Source: Tolypothrix carrinoi HA7290-LM1
Lineage (GTDB): Bacteria; Cyanobacteriota; Cyanobacteriia; Cyanobacteriales; Nostocaceae
Direction of reading: 5' to 3'
DNA length: 15,756 bases
Assembly (NCBI GenBank): GCA_019358935.1
Contig: JAHHIK010000153.1
Span: 1-15,756 of the forward strand
The translations under genes were made by a program, and so were the position numbers. Shown here piece after piece: positions 1-9,194 of the stretch; position 1 is the stretch's first letter; each line of letters begins with the position of its first letter. The notes beneath the pieces are model-generated. The model saw only the letters and a program-made list of their open reading frames with translations, searched no databases and was not told where the DNA came from.

Positions 1-264
1 GCCTTCTTCTCAACAGTAACTGTCTCAAAGCCTGATTTTTCCATTGAGACTGGCATAAGTTTGCACCTTGCGATCGCCTGTTGAAAGCCAGTTATAGAGA
101 GGTATTGGCATTTTTCGGAGATGTCTAATCCCCTTTATTCTCGTCTTGGAAATCTCAAGCTTAGTCAAATAATGCCAGAAGTTCTACGTGCATAAATCTT
201 TCAGCGTCCCGATCAAGTTTGTTTTTACTTTTTCTGTAACGAATATGTGCAATATCAACGATCG

Positions 265-768
265 TTAAAAGCGAAAATTTGTATCCACTTTCTGCGTCAC
301 TTCTCCTCGCTCTACCTTCACCAAGTTATCTCTTGCAGCAATAGTAATATACAGAGCAATTCGACAATCAACTGCTGCCAATACCAATGCTGCGGATAAA
401 GTTTTTGTCCCCCCAGTGTAATCAGCCATAATCTCATGACTTGGATCTAAGAGTAAATCACGGATGAAAGTGTGAATCTTGGGATAGCATTCGTTTAAAT
501 CATCTGGGTTTTGTACCAGAATTAAATCTCGTTCTTTTTGAAAGCGATCGCCCAACCCCACCTGTGTGGGAATATTGGGTAATCTTTCCATAACTTCTGC
601 ACCCCGACGCACTTCACAAGGGGTTCCTTCTCCGATGACTTGCGACTTGCTACCTTTTTCACCATCGGAGGCGATGAATATTATGCGATCGGGTTGCAAG
701 CTGCGGATGGCGGTGATGATGGGTTGAAACGAACCACCGACCGTGACGAGGAGGATTTTAGTAGACAT
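265..768 (-). CDS. Stand-alone CARF-domain protein (167 aa), candidate ring nuclease or cOA-binding accessory
   Basis: Likely start is the ATG at 768 (MSTKILLVTVGGSFQPII); the upstream ORF-track extension overlaps the previous gene. It has a CARF beta1 motif (VTVGGS.QPI) and the signature DYTGGTKTLSAAL, with no C-terminal effector domain. It is the last gene of the csm operon. Confidence 0.8.
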   Translation of the reverse strand: MSTKILLVTVGGSFQPIITAIRSLQPDRIIFIASDGEKGSKSQVIGEGTPCEVRRGAEVMERLPNIPTQVGLGDRFQKERDLILVQNPDDLNECYPKIHTFIRDLLLDPSHEIMADYTGGTKTLSAALVLAAVDCRIALYITIAARDNLVKVERGEVTQKVDTNFRF

Positions 769-808
769 AGGTGCAATAAATGTGGCTTTAACCAATTTAA
801 ATAATTTA

Positions 809-2051
809 TTATTGTGCTGGTAACAACGATTGCGCCAGTTGCGAAAGAAATGGATATATCCTTTCAAAACTATCTTGAAGTTGTTGGGCTGTTTTAGGTG
901 AAAGATTCATACCAACATGGGCAATATCATTTCTTAATTCTGTTATTTGCTGCCAAAAATTTATCAATTCATCTACATCTGGTAATATTTCAAGTTTTTC
1001 ATCACAACGGCTAGGATTATCAGTTTCACAAATTTTTTTCTGCCTTTTCTTTACTCCATTATTTAAAGAGCGTTCTACTACAGCCCGTCCATCTTTATTA
1101 TCAAACATTGGTTCTTCAAATTTGAGAGCTAAAACCGAAACCATCCATTCGCGTGTTAAGGTTACTGCTTGTACGATTTGCTGTCTATCGCGATACCATT
1201 GTATCATCTTTAGTTGTAACCATAAATTGGTAGCTAACTGCGAATCATTTCTGGGACTTTCAAGTGCAAATTGTCCGTATTCTTGAACTACTTGCTCGGC
1301 TAAAATACTAAATGGTTGCGCTCGTGAACGCAATGCTAGGGGCAGATTTTTCTAAAGCTTTTTCTAGCTTAGTTGCCTGCTGCATTGTTTCTGTTGGTCG
1401 AGTTAGCCGTAATGCTAGAGAGATAGATTCAATTGCTGTAGATGCCGATTTAAAATGATTTTTCAGTTCTCGTGCAGCAATATCATCGCGTAGTTCAATA
1501 CCGGATGGTATTCCTTTTTTTAGTAAATCAGCAAGTATCTCTCCATCGCCTGTTTTTACAAACTGATTGGTAGCCATCAGCCAATCGATAATGCTTACAA
1601 ATTCTGATAAGTCAATAACTGGGGCGGGTTTACCTAATTCAAAAGCACCATAATAAATAGCTTCAATATTTACCTGTTTGGCTGATTTAAGATAAGCAGC
1701 AAACAAAAATACTAAAAACGGCAACGAACGCAACCCGTGAGTAATATCAAATATTACCGTTTCTTGATAATTAACTTTTTCTGTAATTGTATTAAATATT
1801 TCCCACATTTCGGCAGTTGTTTCACCTTTGGGAATTGAAACAGGTTCGATTCGAGCATCATTTAATGCTAATAATGCAGGCCAGGTTTTCTCCTCAGCTT
1901 CTGGCGTATTGCAAACAAGCATTCGGTCATGTTCTACAAACTGACGTAGCGCTAGACTGAACACGCCACCTTCGTATTCTTCACCTTGCCACGTATAAAC
2001 GCTTCCTGGCATCAACCCTCTATTATTGAGAAATGTAATGATAGTTCGCAT
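809..2051 (-). pseudogene. csx1: Csx1-like CARF-HEPN ribonuclease (DxTHG / TM1812 type), split by a +1 frameshift
   Basis: The N-terminal part (ATG 2051, MRTIITFL) has DITHGLRSLPF and IYYGAFE; the C-terminal part has the HEPN motif RNDIAH. The minus strand reads att gcg T tca cga gcg caa cca ttt; removing one base at about 1327-1328 gives a continuous ...PSIASRAQPFSIL... frame. Confidence 0.85.
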
Positions 2052-2065
2052 AATGAAGTTCCTAT

Positions 2066-2116
2066 TTATCCAAGTTCTTGTTTCAAAACAGTTTGTCCCA
2101 TTCCCAATCTTGTCTT
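2066..2116 (-). pseudogene. cas6: Probable 3' remnant (16 aa) of a deleted cas6, fused to csm5
   Basis: KTRLGMGQTVLKQELG* matches the Cas6 terminal G-rich loop pattern KTxxGhGQT; the other Cas6 in this window has KTTFGLGQT. Confidence 0.6.
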
Positions 2117-3016
2117 CCCTTGTTTGTGCTGGAACCAAGAAAGCATTTCTGTATCAAGCGTCAGGTTAAATCTTGTCTGGACATTTCGTACCATTTCAAC
2201 ATAAAGAGATGCTCTATATTTTGCTAGATAGTCAGGGAATCGACTGGATACAATTACTTCGGCAACAACGGGTAAGTTAATAGGGATTGTTTGTCCTTTT
2301 TTAGTAGTAATATTACCTTCAATTATCGGTTCGCAATCACTAATACTCAACGCTCTTAAAAAATCAGTATTTTGACTGCTCCCGTTATACGTTTTGTCTT
2401 GATATATAAGAGTATATTCTGAGAATAAAGTATCCATAAATAGGTCGTCGTCAGCAGACTTTTGCTTGTGCTTATTACCGAGTTCTCCTAATCTGCTGCG
2501 TAATTTTTTCTCGATTTCGCTAACTTTTTGATTTTTAGGCACGTTGTAGCGATCGCCATGTTTGAGCAAGTAATATGCGATCGCAGTTCTAATTGCCCCT
2601 TTAATCGACGAGCCGGGTATATATAGCTGTCCCATACCATTGCGAATCATCGGACGCAAATCGGTAATACGTTCCTCTGTCAGTTTTTGGCTAATGGCGT
2701 TTTTCGGAAAAATTAACTCTCCGTTTGCATCGGTTGTACTCCACCACTGTTCCCCGAACGCATCTTTGAGTAGGTTACTTATATCTTGGCGATCACTAAT
2801 TGCTTGAATGTAGTCATTGAGATATCTACCACCTTTCTTATGAAGGGCTTTAGCAAGAGTTTCTTGGTTGGGAAGGTAGACTTTTTTGGATGTTTGCACG
2901 TATTCAAAGGGGTTTAACCTCGATACTGACGAACCAATATGCAAGATAGGGCTAGTTAGCTGTATCTTTTTTGACTCGTAAACTTCGGGCTTTTTGAGGG
3001 CAATAGAGGCAAGCAT
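2066..3016 (-). CDS. csm5: Type III-A RAMP Csm5, apparently C-terminally truncated or chimeric (316 aa)
   Basis: Motifs LTSPILHIGS, YIPGSSIKGAIRTA and TDFLRALSISD; located right after csm4. It ends abruptly after WFQHKQG with a Cas6-like tail. Confidence 0.85.
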   Translation of the reverse strand: MLASIALKKPEVYESKKIQLTSPILHIGSSVSRLNPFEYVQTSKKVYLPNQETLAKALHKKGGRYLNDYIQAISDRQDISNLLKDAFGEQWWSTTDANGELIFPKNAISQKLTEERITDLRPMIRNGMGQLYIPGSSIKGAIRTAIAYYLLKHGDRYNVPKNQKVSEIEKKLRSRLGELGNKHKQKSADDDLFMDTLFSEYTLIYQDKTYNGSSQNTDFLRALSISDCEPIIEGNITTKKGQTIPINLPVVAEVIVSSRFPDYLAKYRASLYVEMVRNVQTRFNLTLDTEMLSWFQHKQGKTRLGMGQTVLKQELG

Positions 3017-3024
3017 TTTGGATT

Positions 3025-4161
3025 TTAGATTTGTATTTTGATAGGAAGACTTAAACCGATACCACTACGATATATTTTGTGTGCTTTAAATTCACTGGGG
3101 GTTACATCGGCTAGTTTTCCCGGTGGTTCAATTGGAAACACCGAACCCTCTGCAAACATCCTTACCATCTTGCGGCGAATATTTCCATCAGAAAACCATC
3201 CACCCCGTTCTTGTATTTCGTAGTTGCTGTGGGAGTTGTCTATAATTAATCGCTCAAGGATAGATTCATCATCATCCCAAAATAAGCTAATTAAGCACTG
3301 ATAAGCCGATTTATCTAAGGGTTTGACGACATTTTCCCAACTAGGGGAAGCATCCTTTAAATCCAACCATTCGGCTTGGAATAGTCCCGCACCGCTTGAA
3401 CGTTCTCCCCCAATTCCTTGTTCTCCCAGCAAGTCTAGTGCTGCTTTTAACTCTGCAATAAGTTGCGGGTTGTTGTCCTCTAAATATACTAAGAAATATA
3501 GCCCCGATAAACTTTTGATACCGCTATTATTTTGCTCCCAATTGAATTGTACGTATCCCGTATGGTAAAAATTGGTAGCGCTGGTTGTCCTATCTATGGC
3601 AACTTTAGGTAGTTTGTGATGTTTAAATGCTTCTCCATAGTCAAACGTACCTGCTTTTTTAAGTTCACCATTAGCATTACCATTGGTTTTGTTAATTAAT
3701 TCATCAGCATCTTCTGGTTTAAATCCTTCACCTTGATACCAACGATGCCAAATATCGAGGGGTAAATAACTAAGGGATTTATAGGTTTTAAAGAACGCTA
3801 AATCATCTTTTTTTCTATCCAAATCCCCACCATGCGGGTAATTAGTTGGAAATTTCAGGGGGCGGGGAAGGTAGAAAATAGTGTTATTGTTGATGTTATT
3901 TTTGCATTCGCGGTAGATAAAAGTAGAACTGATTCGCATCGGGGGCTTGGGTTGAAGAAACTTGTCTAATAATTCTTCAACTGGTTGTTTTCCTACGCCA
4001 TCTGATTTTTTCCTAAATAACTGCGCGTAATTAGTTATCCAAGCACTAAATAAAGTATCTGAACGTACTCGTTCTTTTGACTCTTCTATTCCAATACCCA
4101 ACTCCCCGAAATGGACGCTTGACCGTCCAAAGTTAAGTTTGACAAGTTGCCATTTGCCCAT
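3025..4161 (-). CDS. csm4: Type III-A RAMP Csm4 (Cas5 family)
   Basis: Motifs VHFGELG, RSDTLFSAW, ISSTF, FYLPRP, KVAIDR, G-loop GIGGERSSGAG, MFAEGSVF and HKIYRSG. Confidence 0.95.
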   Translation of the reverse strand: MGKWQLVKLNFGRSSVHFGELGIGIEESKERVRSDTLFSAWITNYAQLFRKKSDGVGKQPVEELLDKFLQPKPPMRISSTFIYRECKNNINNNTIFYLPRPLKFPTNYPHGGDLDRKKDDLAFFKTYKSLSYLPLDIWHRWYQGEGFKPEDADELINKTNGNANGELKKAGTFDYGEAFKHHKLPKVAIDRTTSATNFYHTGYVQFNWEQNNSGIKSLSGLYFLVYLEDNNPQLIAELKAALDLLGEQGIGGERSSGAGLFQAEWLDLKDASPSWENVVKPLDKSAYQCLISLFWDDDESILERLIIDNSHSNYEIQERGGWFSDGNIRRKMVRMFAEGSVFPIEPPGKLADVTPSEFKAHKIYRSGIGLSLPIKIQI

Positions 4162-4163
4162 AT

Positions 4164-5150
4164 TTAGCTCCCTGGTAATCGCCGTTGGATGTTTTCGCTT
4201 AATCCGGTAAAGTTATCTAACAGTTCTTGGATATTATTAGCAGATGGAATTTCTTCTATCCCTGAACCATCTCTAGGAGTATTGGTAATTCGACGGTAAT
4301 ACTCCAAATCGCGGTATAAGAAATTGAATTTTTTAAATTCAACTTTGCCGTAACCTCTAGAACCGTGTCCCCCTAAAGCATCGTCTTCAAGGATTGCTAG
4401 TGCGATCGCAATATTTTCTAAATCTTTAATGGCTTGTTGGGCGTTTTCGACGGTGTAAACAAGCTCAAACTCGAATATCGAACCTGCGGGGACGCGCTCA
4501 AATTGCCGAGGATTAGCAGCTGCGGTAACGCGATCGATACCGTTTTCAAATTTCCATTCGGTCATAAATAGACCCGTGTCTACTTTTTTGAGTTGTTCGG
4601 CTGATTGGGGTGATAAATGGGAGTCGCGGACAATTAAGCGTGCTGGACAGTTGCGTCCGCGATTGATTTGGACATAGGTTTGACCTTGAATCGTTTTCTT
4701 GGGAGGTTCGTCAGGTTTGTTGGGGTTACTAACGTATAGTCCTGCTTTTTCTGCAACAGCAGTCTGCATCCAGAATTTTGTTCCACCCGTTGAGCCAAAT
4801 AGACGACTAATTTGGCAAGTGAGCGCTCCCTCATAGGGAATCATTAGCCCATCAATTTCTGTAATTCCGTCTTCTAAATCATCGCTTTCATAACGATAAG
4901 TGCCACTTCCCCCAGTACGATTGAGGGGTTTATTTAATAATCTCTCTGTAATTGAGCGCAATTTTCCCTTGATGGAAGAACCGGGAAGATAGGGATACTG
5001 CGTTAAAGGATCGCGGATGACGGGTTTATCGAGTCCACCGATATCAAGGTTTTCATTACCTCCACCAATATGTAAGCCTGTTTTGACTTCAATTTGGCTT
5101 TTCAGGATAAATTTACCAACTAAGGGTTTTTGTTCGAGGGATGCGGGCAT
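4164..5150 (-). CDS. csm3: Type III-A Csm3 (Cas7 backbone endoribonuclease)
   Basis: TGLHIGG, IGGLDKPVIRDP (catalytic Asp position retained), PYLPGSSIKGKLRS, EWKFENGIDR, PRQFERVPAG and G-loop LGGHGSRGYG. Confidence 0.97.
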   Translation of the reverse strand: MPASLEQKPLVGKFILKSQIEVKTGLHIGGGNENLDIGGLDKPVIRDPLTQYPYLPGSSIKGKLRSITERLLNKPLNRTGGSGTYRYESDDLEDGITEIDGLMIPYEGALTCQISRLFGSTGGTKFWMQTAVAEKAGLYVSNPNKPDEPPKKTIQGQTYVQINRGRNCPARLIVRDSHLSPQSAEQLKKVDTGLFMTEWKFENGIDRVTAAANPRQFERVPAGSIFEFELVYTVENAQQAIKDLENIAIALAILEDDALGGHGSRGYGKVEFKKFNFLYRDLEYYRRITNTPRDGSGIEEIPSANNIQELLDNFTGLSENIQRRLPGS

Positions 5151-5152
5151 AA

Positions 5153-5737
5153 TTATCCTCTATTGTGTGTTGTCGTCTTCTTATTTTCTGCTTCTTTGTG
5201 ATAAGCAATAATTGCTTCAATAAGTTGTACTAAACGATAAAAATCTTCCGTACTATGTACTTTGTTAATTGCCTCTGACATAACATTACAAAAAGGTTGA
5301 GCAGCTTTTTGACGTGCTGCTGACCACGTAAGCTTTACTTGAAGAAAAATAATATCATCCTGAATTCTGGCAAATCGAAGTTTTTCTTTTTCTTTCTCAT
5401 CTTTAGCTTTCTTGATTTCATCATTATCTTCTTGAACAAGTCTTGATTTAAGTTGATTGATCGCATCTAAAAATTTGCGTATTTGATTTGTTTCTAATTT
5501 ATTGTCTTTTAAGTAGTAACCAAAATCCTTAGCTTGCTCCACCAATTTTTTAAGTGAATATTCTTTTAAAGATTTCAATTCATTATTGGTGATTGTATCT
5601 TTAATCTCCTTCTCAATGTTTTGATTGAAAGCTGCTGATTTGGAGGTATTTGGTTGATGATTGCTAGCAGAATTATTAGGCTGCAATGGTATCTTAGACG
5701 AATTAGGTGGTTTTGGGCGGTTTGGTTGGTTTGTCAT
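5153..5737 (-). CDS. csm2: Type III-A small subunit Csm2 with a low-complexity N-terminal extension
   Basis: TNQIRKFLD, KLTWSAAR and LIEAIIAYHK motifs; lies between cas10 and csm3. Confidence 0.95.
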   Translation of the reverse strand: MTNQPNRPKPPNSSKIPLQPNNSASNHQPNTSKSAAFNQNIEKEIKDTITNNELKSLKEYSLKKLVEQAKDFGYYLKDNKLETNQIRKFLDAINQLKSRLVQEDNDEIKKAKDEKEKEKLRFARIQDDIIFLQVKLTWSAARQKAAQPFCNVMSEAINKVHSTEDFYRLVQLIEAIIAYHKEAENKKTTTHNRG

Positions 5738-5738
5738 A

Positions 5739-8171
5739 TTATTGGGTACGATTTAATAGTTCAATCCAAGTTGCGATCGCTCGAAAGTAAGGAGCGTTGT
5801 ATGGGTTTTTCAAAGAAGTGCGAAATTCATCATCTTCTAAGACATTTTGCGGTAATCTTGCTAATGTATACGCTATTTTAGGAAGATGTAAATAATAACG
5901 TGTTTCTATTGCATCATTTGATTTTTTGTCTTCAATTTTCTTTAAAGCTTGCTCTTGAACTTGTGCTGTAATCAAGAGATTTCGGACGAAGTTACGTGAA
6001 AATTCCTTTCCAATATTTTGCCGTTCTAATCTATCAACAAAAGGTAATATACCCCAAATTGCTGGGTTGTCTTCTTGCTTAAGGTATCTAATAATCTTCT
6101 TTTGTACTTCATCTTCTTGATCTAAATGCCTAAAATTATTCTTTTGTACTTCATCATTTTCATCTAAATGATTTCGTCTTTCAATTCCCAACCATTCATC
6201 CCATTTAAATACTTGGTTGAATAAGCCTAAACTATCGCGTCCGTTGTTTTTCGCTTTACCTTCTGCATCTCCTGATTCTTCGGCTGCTTGATAAAGGGGA
6301 AATTTCGGTTCGGCAATACTAACACCTGCTGAAAGTGTAATATCTGGATGATGCCCTGTATAGGCACGAAAGCATTGGTAAATATCGAAGGAAAAATCAA
6401 CAATTTCACTCCAAGCACCACTAACAAATAAATCGTCTCCTCCAGCGTAAATAAAAAGTATATTTTTACCTTGATATTCAGATGAGGTTTTGTCTATACT
6501 ATTATTATTTAGGGATTTGCTGCTGTTAGGTAATTGTTTAATAATTTCAGGAATATTTTTTTCACGATTGGCAGCGAGGTTATTAAGATATACTTTAAAA
6601 AAATAGCTCATCTGCCGCGATAACCCAGCTAATCTTGGTAATGTTTGATTCTCCTCCAAACCCTTAGCAAAGATTTGACCTAATCTATCAACATCCATTC
6701 GTAAATAACCGACTCGTTTGATACCTAGAGAAAGTTCAGCCATCTCTTCAGCACGCATAAAACCAGTTTCATTAGGTTTTTGTGTTTGCTTGCCATAATT
6801 ACCAAGTAGTATCGGTACGCAATTGCGAAATTTGTAATATTTTAATTCCCAATTATTGACAAATAAAACAGTGTGGTTATCAGAAATTGTTTGCTTTAAT
6901 CTCTCAAAGTTATCTTGTTTGCGATAATCGAAATCGACTAGCTTGTAATAAACATTGATTTCTTTTAGTTTATCGATCGCAGGTAGTTGAAACCACAGCT
7001 TATCTTCCTCATCTTTCTGCTTACCTATCACTTTTTGCGGTTGCGATCGCACAATAGCATCAATGCGAAATAGCTTCCCTCCCAACCCGAACATAGTGTG
7101 ACAGGTACTACAAGCCATCGCTGCACCCGGTTCTTCGTTTAGCGGTTTTAAATCCTCTTCGTCATCGCGATGGCAAACTTTGCACGGGGTATGGGCGTAA
7201 TATGGTTTGGTTAACGCGACAAGCTCATCAATGCGATCGCCGAACTTACGCGCTTTATAAGCAGCAAGTTTTTTGGTAGCTTCCGACCAATGTTTGCTAA
7301 ATTTAGCATTGCCTATATCTGCGACAGGAAATTCCTTTGAACTATCGAGAGCAAGATAAATTTTCCCTTGGAATTTATCTAACAACCATTGGTTAAACTG
7401 CAAACGGACTTGTTTTACAGTCTTTTCTGTCTCCTCATTACCTGGAGCTAGTATATATATGTTGCCCCCACCTGCATATATAACATTGGTGCGAGGAAGC
7501 TTTAAGTGTGTCAAAAGTTGAGTTACAACTTCCTCTGTAACTAATTCTAAATAAAAGCTACGCGCCCGTAATGATTTGAGCGCACCATCAGAAGATATAG
7601 TGTAGATAAAGTTTTGAATTCCCGACAAGTCCCCAGCCACGATGCTCAGTTGGGCTGTTTCTAGGTCATTTGTATTTACTATTGAAGCTGCAACCGCAGC
7701 TGTTGTTTTGACTTTATCAACTAGTGCCACATCTGCTTCGCCAAAGCTGATAAACGAACCGAATTTTTCGATAATTAAGGTAAGGAGCGAAATATTTCCC
7801 CAGTCGTTGGGGTTATCCTCAAGAAAACAGATTTGTTCGCAAATTTGCTTTCTTAAATCCTTTATCTCTTTTGGTTCTTCCGTTTGGGGATAGGGAATTA
7901 TGGGGTCAGAATTAGCGATCGCATTCGGTTGCCAAAAGTGTTCGTTGTTTTGACCGTGGGCTAATTTTACAGAATCGAACAGTACCCGCAAAGCTTTCGG
8001 TTTGTCGTCAGCAGACCAGTTTAAATATTTTTTGGCTTCTTCAATCGCGGCTGAATCATTGGGTCTAGTAAATTTATCAAACTTTAATCCAGCCCAACTT
8101 GCTAAGTCCCAAACGGCTTGCTGGATGACCTTTAATGCTTCTTGGTGTGAGGGGTTTGGCGAACTTGTCAT
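5739..8171 (-). CDS. cas10: Cas10/Csm1 cyclic oligoadenylate synthase, no recognisable HD domain
   Basis: Palm1 (GDLSGIQNFIY, LRARSFYL, IYAGGGN), Zn finger CKVC...CSTC and Palm2 (RMDVDRLG, IYAGGDDLF, LSAG). There is no HD motif in the roughly 175 aa before Palm1. Confidence 0.97.
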   Translation of the reverse strand: MTSSPNPSHQEALKVIQQAVWDLASWAGLKFDKFTRPNDSAAIEEAKKYLNWSADDKPKALRVLFDSVKLAHGQNNEHFWQPNAIANSDPIIPYPQTEEPKEIKDLRKQICEQICFLEDNPNDWGNISLLTLIIEKFGSFISFGEADVALVDKVKTTAAVAASIVNTNDLETAQLSIVAGDLSGIQNFIYTISSDGALKSLRARSFYLELVTEEVVTQLLTHLKLPRTNVIYAGGGNIYILAPGNEETEKTVKQVRLQFNQWLLDKFQGKIYLALDSSKEFPVADIGNAKFSKHWSEATKKLAAYKARKFGDRIDELVALTKPYYAHTPCKVCHRDDEEDLKPLNEEPGAAMACSTCHTMFGLGGKLFRIDAIVRSQPQKVIGKQKDEEDKLWFQLPAIDKLKEINVYYKLVDFDYRKQDNFERLKQTISDNHTVLFVNNWELKYYKFRNCVPILLGNYGKQTQKPNETGFMRAEEMAELSLGIKRVGYLRMDVDRLGQIFAKGLEENQTLPRLAGLSRQMSYFFKVYLNNLAANREKNIPEIIKQLPNSSKSLNNNSIDKTSSEYQGKNILFIYAGGDDLFVSGAWSEIVDFSFDIYQCFRAYTGHHPDITLSAGVSIAEPKFPLYQAAEESGDAEGKAKNNGRDSLGLFNQVFKWDEWLGIERRNHLDENDEVQKNNFRHLDQEDEVQKKIIRYLKQEDNPAIWGILPFVDRLERQNIGKEFSRNFVRNLLITAQVQEQALKKIEDKKSNDAIETRYYLHLPKIAYTLARLPQNVLEDDEFRTSLKNPYNAPYFRAIATWIELLNRTQ
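6097..6170. repeat. In-frame tandem duplication (42-nt period) inside cas10
   Basis: 6097-6128 and 6139-6170 match at 29/32 nt; the protein reads HLDENDEVQKNNFR-HLDQEDEVQKKIIR. Confidence 0.9.
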
Positions 8172-8231
8172 GATGAAAAACGATTAGAGACAGTTGTTAT
8201 CAAAGCAATTTGGCTAATACAAGAAAAATAA

Positions 8232-9182
8232 TTATTGATTAGATGTAAAAATTGTTTTTACTTGTTTAAGTAGAATTTCTGGAACCTTTTGCACTCGACC
8301 CCGTACCCAAGTACCACTGGTAATTTCCAAGTACGGTTGTACTTGATGCACCTCTTCTACTTCTGCCAAACTACTATGAATTACTGTCACAGGGATTAAA
8401 TTCCCTCTGTCTCGACAAAATTCATGCCACGCATCTACTGCCTCTGGTTTAGAACTAATGATCAAGTAGTGGGTACAAGCTTCTAAAATTGGCAATTTCT
8501 CCGGCTGTACCATACCACCAACATCCACAATTACCAAAGACTTCTGCCGTCTCAGTTCTAATATTGCTTGAGCATGATAGGGAAAAAACCTTTCTGTTAA
8601 CGCACCCTTATTGCGTAGTTTAAAAGCCTCGATTTCTTCATCTGTCGTTTGGGTATCTAATTCCAAAACGTAGTTACCTTCTCCATCCCAGTGAGCGCGT
8701 TGCAGATAAATATCAGGATGGTCAGACAATAGCGCTTGAAACAAAACATGAGATAGTACACTTTTACCACTATCTGGCGGACCTACGACCATCAACGCCG
8801 GACATAACCCTGTCTCAACATTTCTTTTTTCCTGAGCAAGCCCATGATTTTGTCGTCCATTTGGTGGACTCACAGGAATTACCTGACCGATGTAGACTTG
8901 ACGTGAGTTAGTGGCAGACACTACTGCTCCCAGACGAGGGTCATAGCAAGCAACCCAAGCAGTAGGATGTAAAGCATGGGTGAGGTAAGAATAAAGCCAC
9001 ATCGGTGCGCGACCTGAAATCACAACCCCACCAGTAGTATCAATACCAAAAGGTAGTTCCAGATTTTTGATATCTTGTGGTTCTATCAGGCGATCGCTGC
9101 TAGTCAACTCAACCGATAGCACTTGGTACTTCAAGTTTTGTACAAGCAGCGATTCACTTAAGTATAAACGCAGAGGTGTAAT
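8232..9182 (-). CDS. csx3: Csx3 (Crn3) ring-nuclease domain fused to a P-loop (AAA-like) ATPase
   Basis: Csx3 motifs GVVISGRAPMWLY, HALHP and YDPRLG, followed by Walker A GPPDSGKS and Walker B-like VIVDVGG. The frame is open upstream of TTG 9134, through ATT 9182, to a stop at 9203-9201; the true start is uncertain. Confidence 0.88.
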   Translation of the reverse strand: MTPLRLYLSESLLVQNLKYQVLSVELTSSDRLIEPQDIKNLELPFGIDTTGGVVISGRAPMWLYSYLTHALHPTAWVACYDPRLGAVVSATNSRQVYIGQVIPVSPPNGRQNHGLAQEKRNVETGLCPALMVVGPPDSGKSVLSHVLFQALLSDHPDIYLQRAHWDGEGNYVLELDTQTTDEEIEAFKLRNKGALTERFFPYHAQAILELRRQKSLVIVDVGGMVQPEKLPILEACTHYLIISSKPEAVDAWHEFCRDRGNLIPVTVIHSSLAEVEEVHQVQPYLEITSGTWVRGRVQKVPEILLKQVKTIFTSNQ

Positions 9183-9187
9183 AATAC

Positions 9188-9194
9188 CCTCCTT
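9188..9194 (-). promoter_or_regulatory. Shine-Dalgarno AAGGAGG of the first gene of the csm operon
   Basis: Plus-strand cctcctt at 9188-9194, 5 nt upstream of an in-frame ATT at 9182. Confidence 0.65.

Noticed and set aside
769..867. N-terminal extensions given by the ORF track for the CARF gene (to 867) and likewise for csx1 (to 2138)
   Set aside because: They overlap upstream genes; family-like N-termini begin at ATG 768 and ATG 2051.
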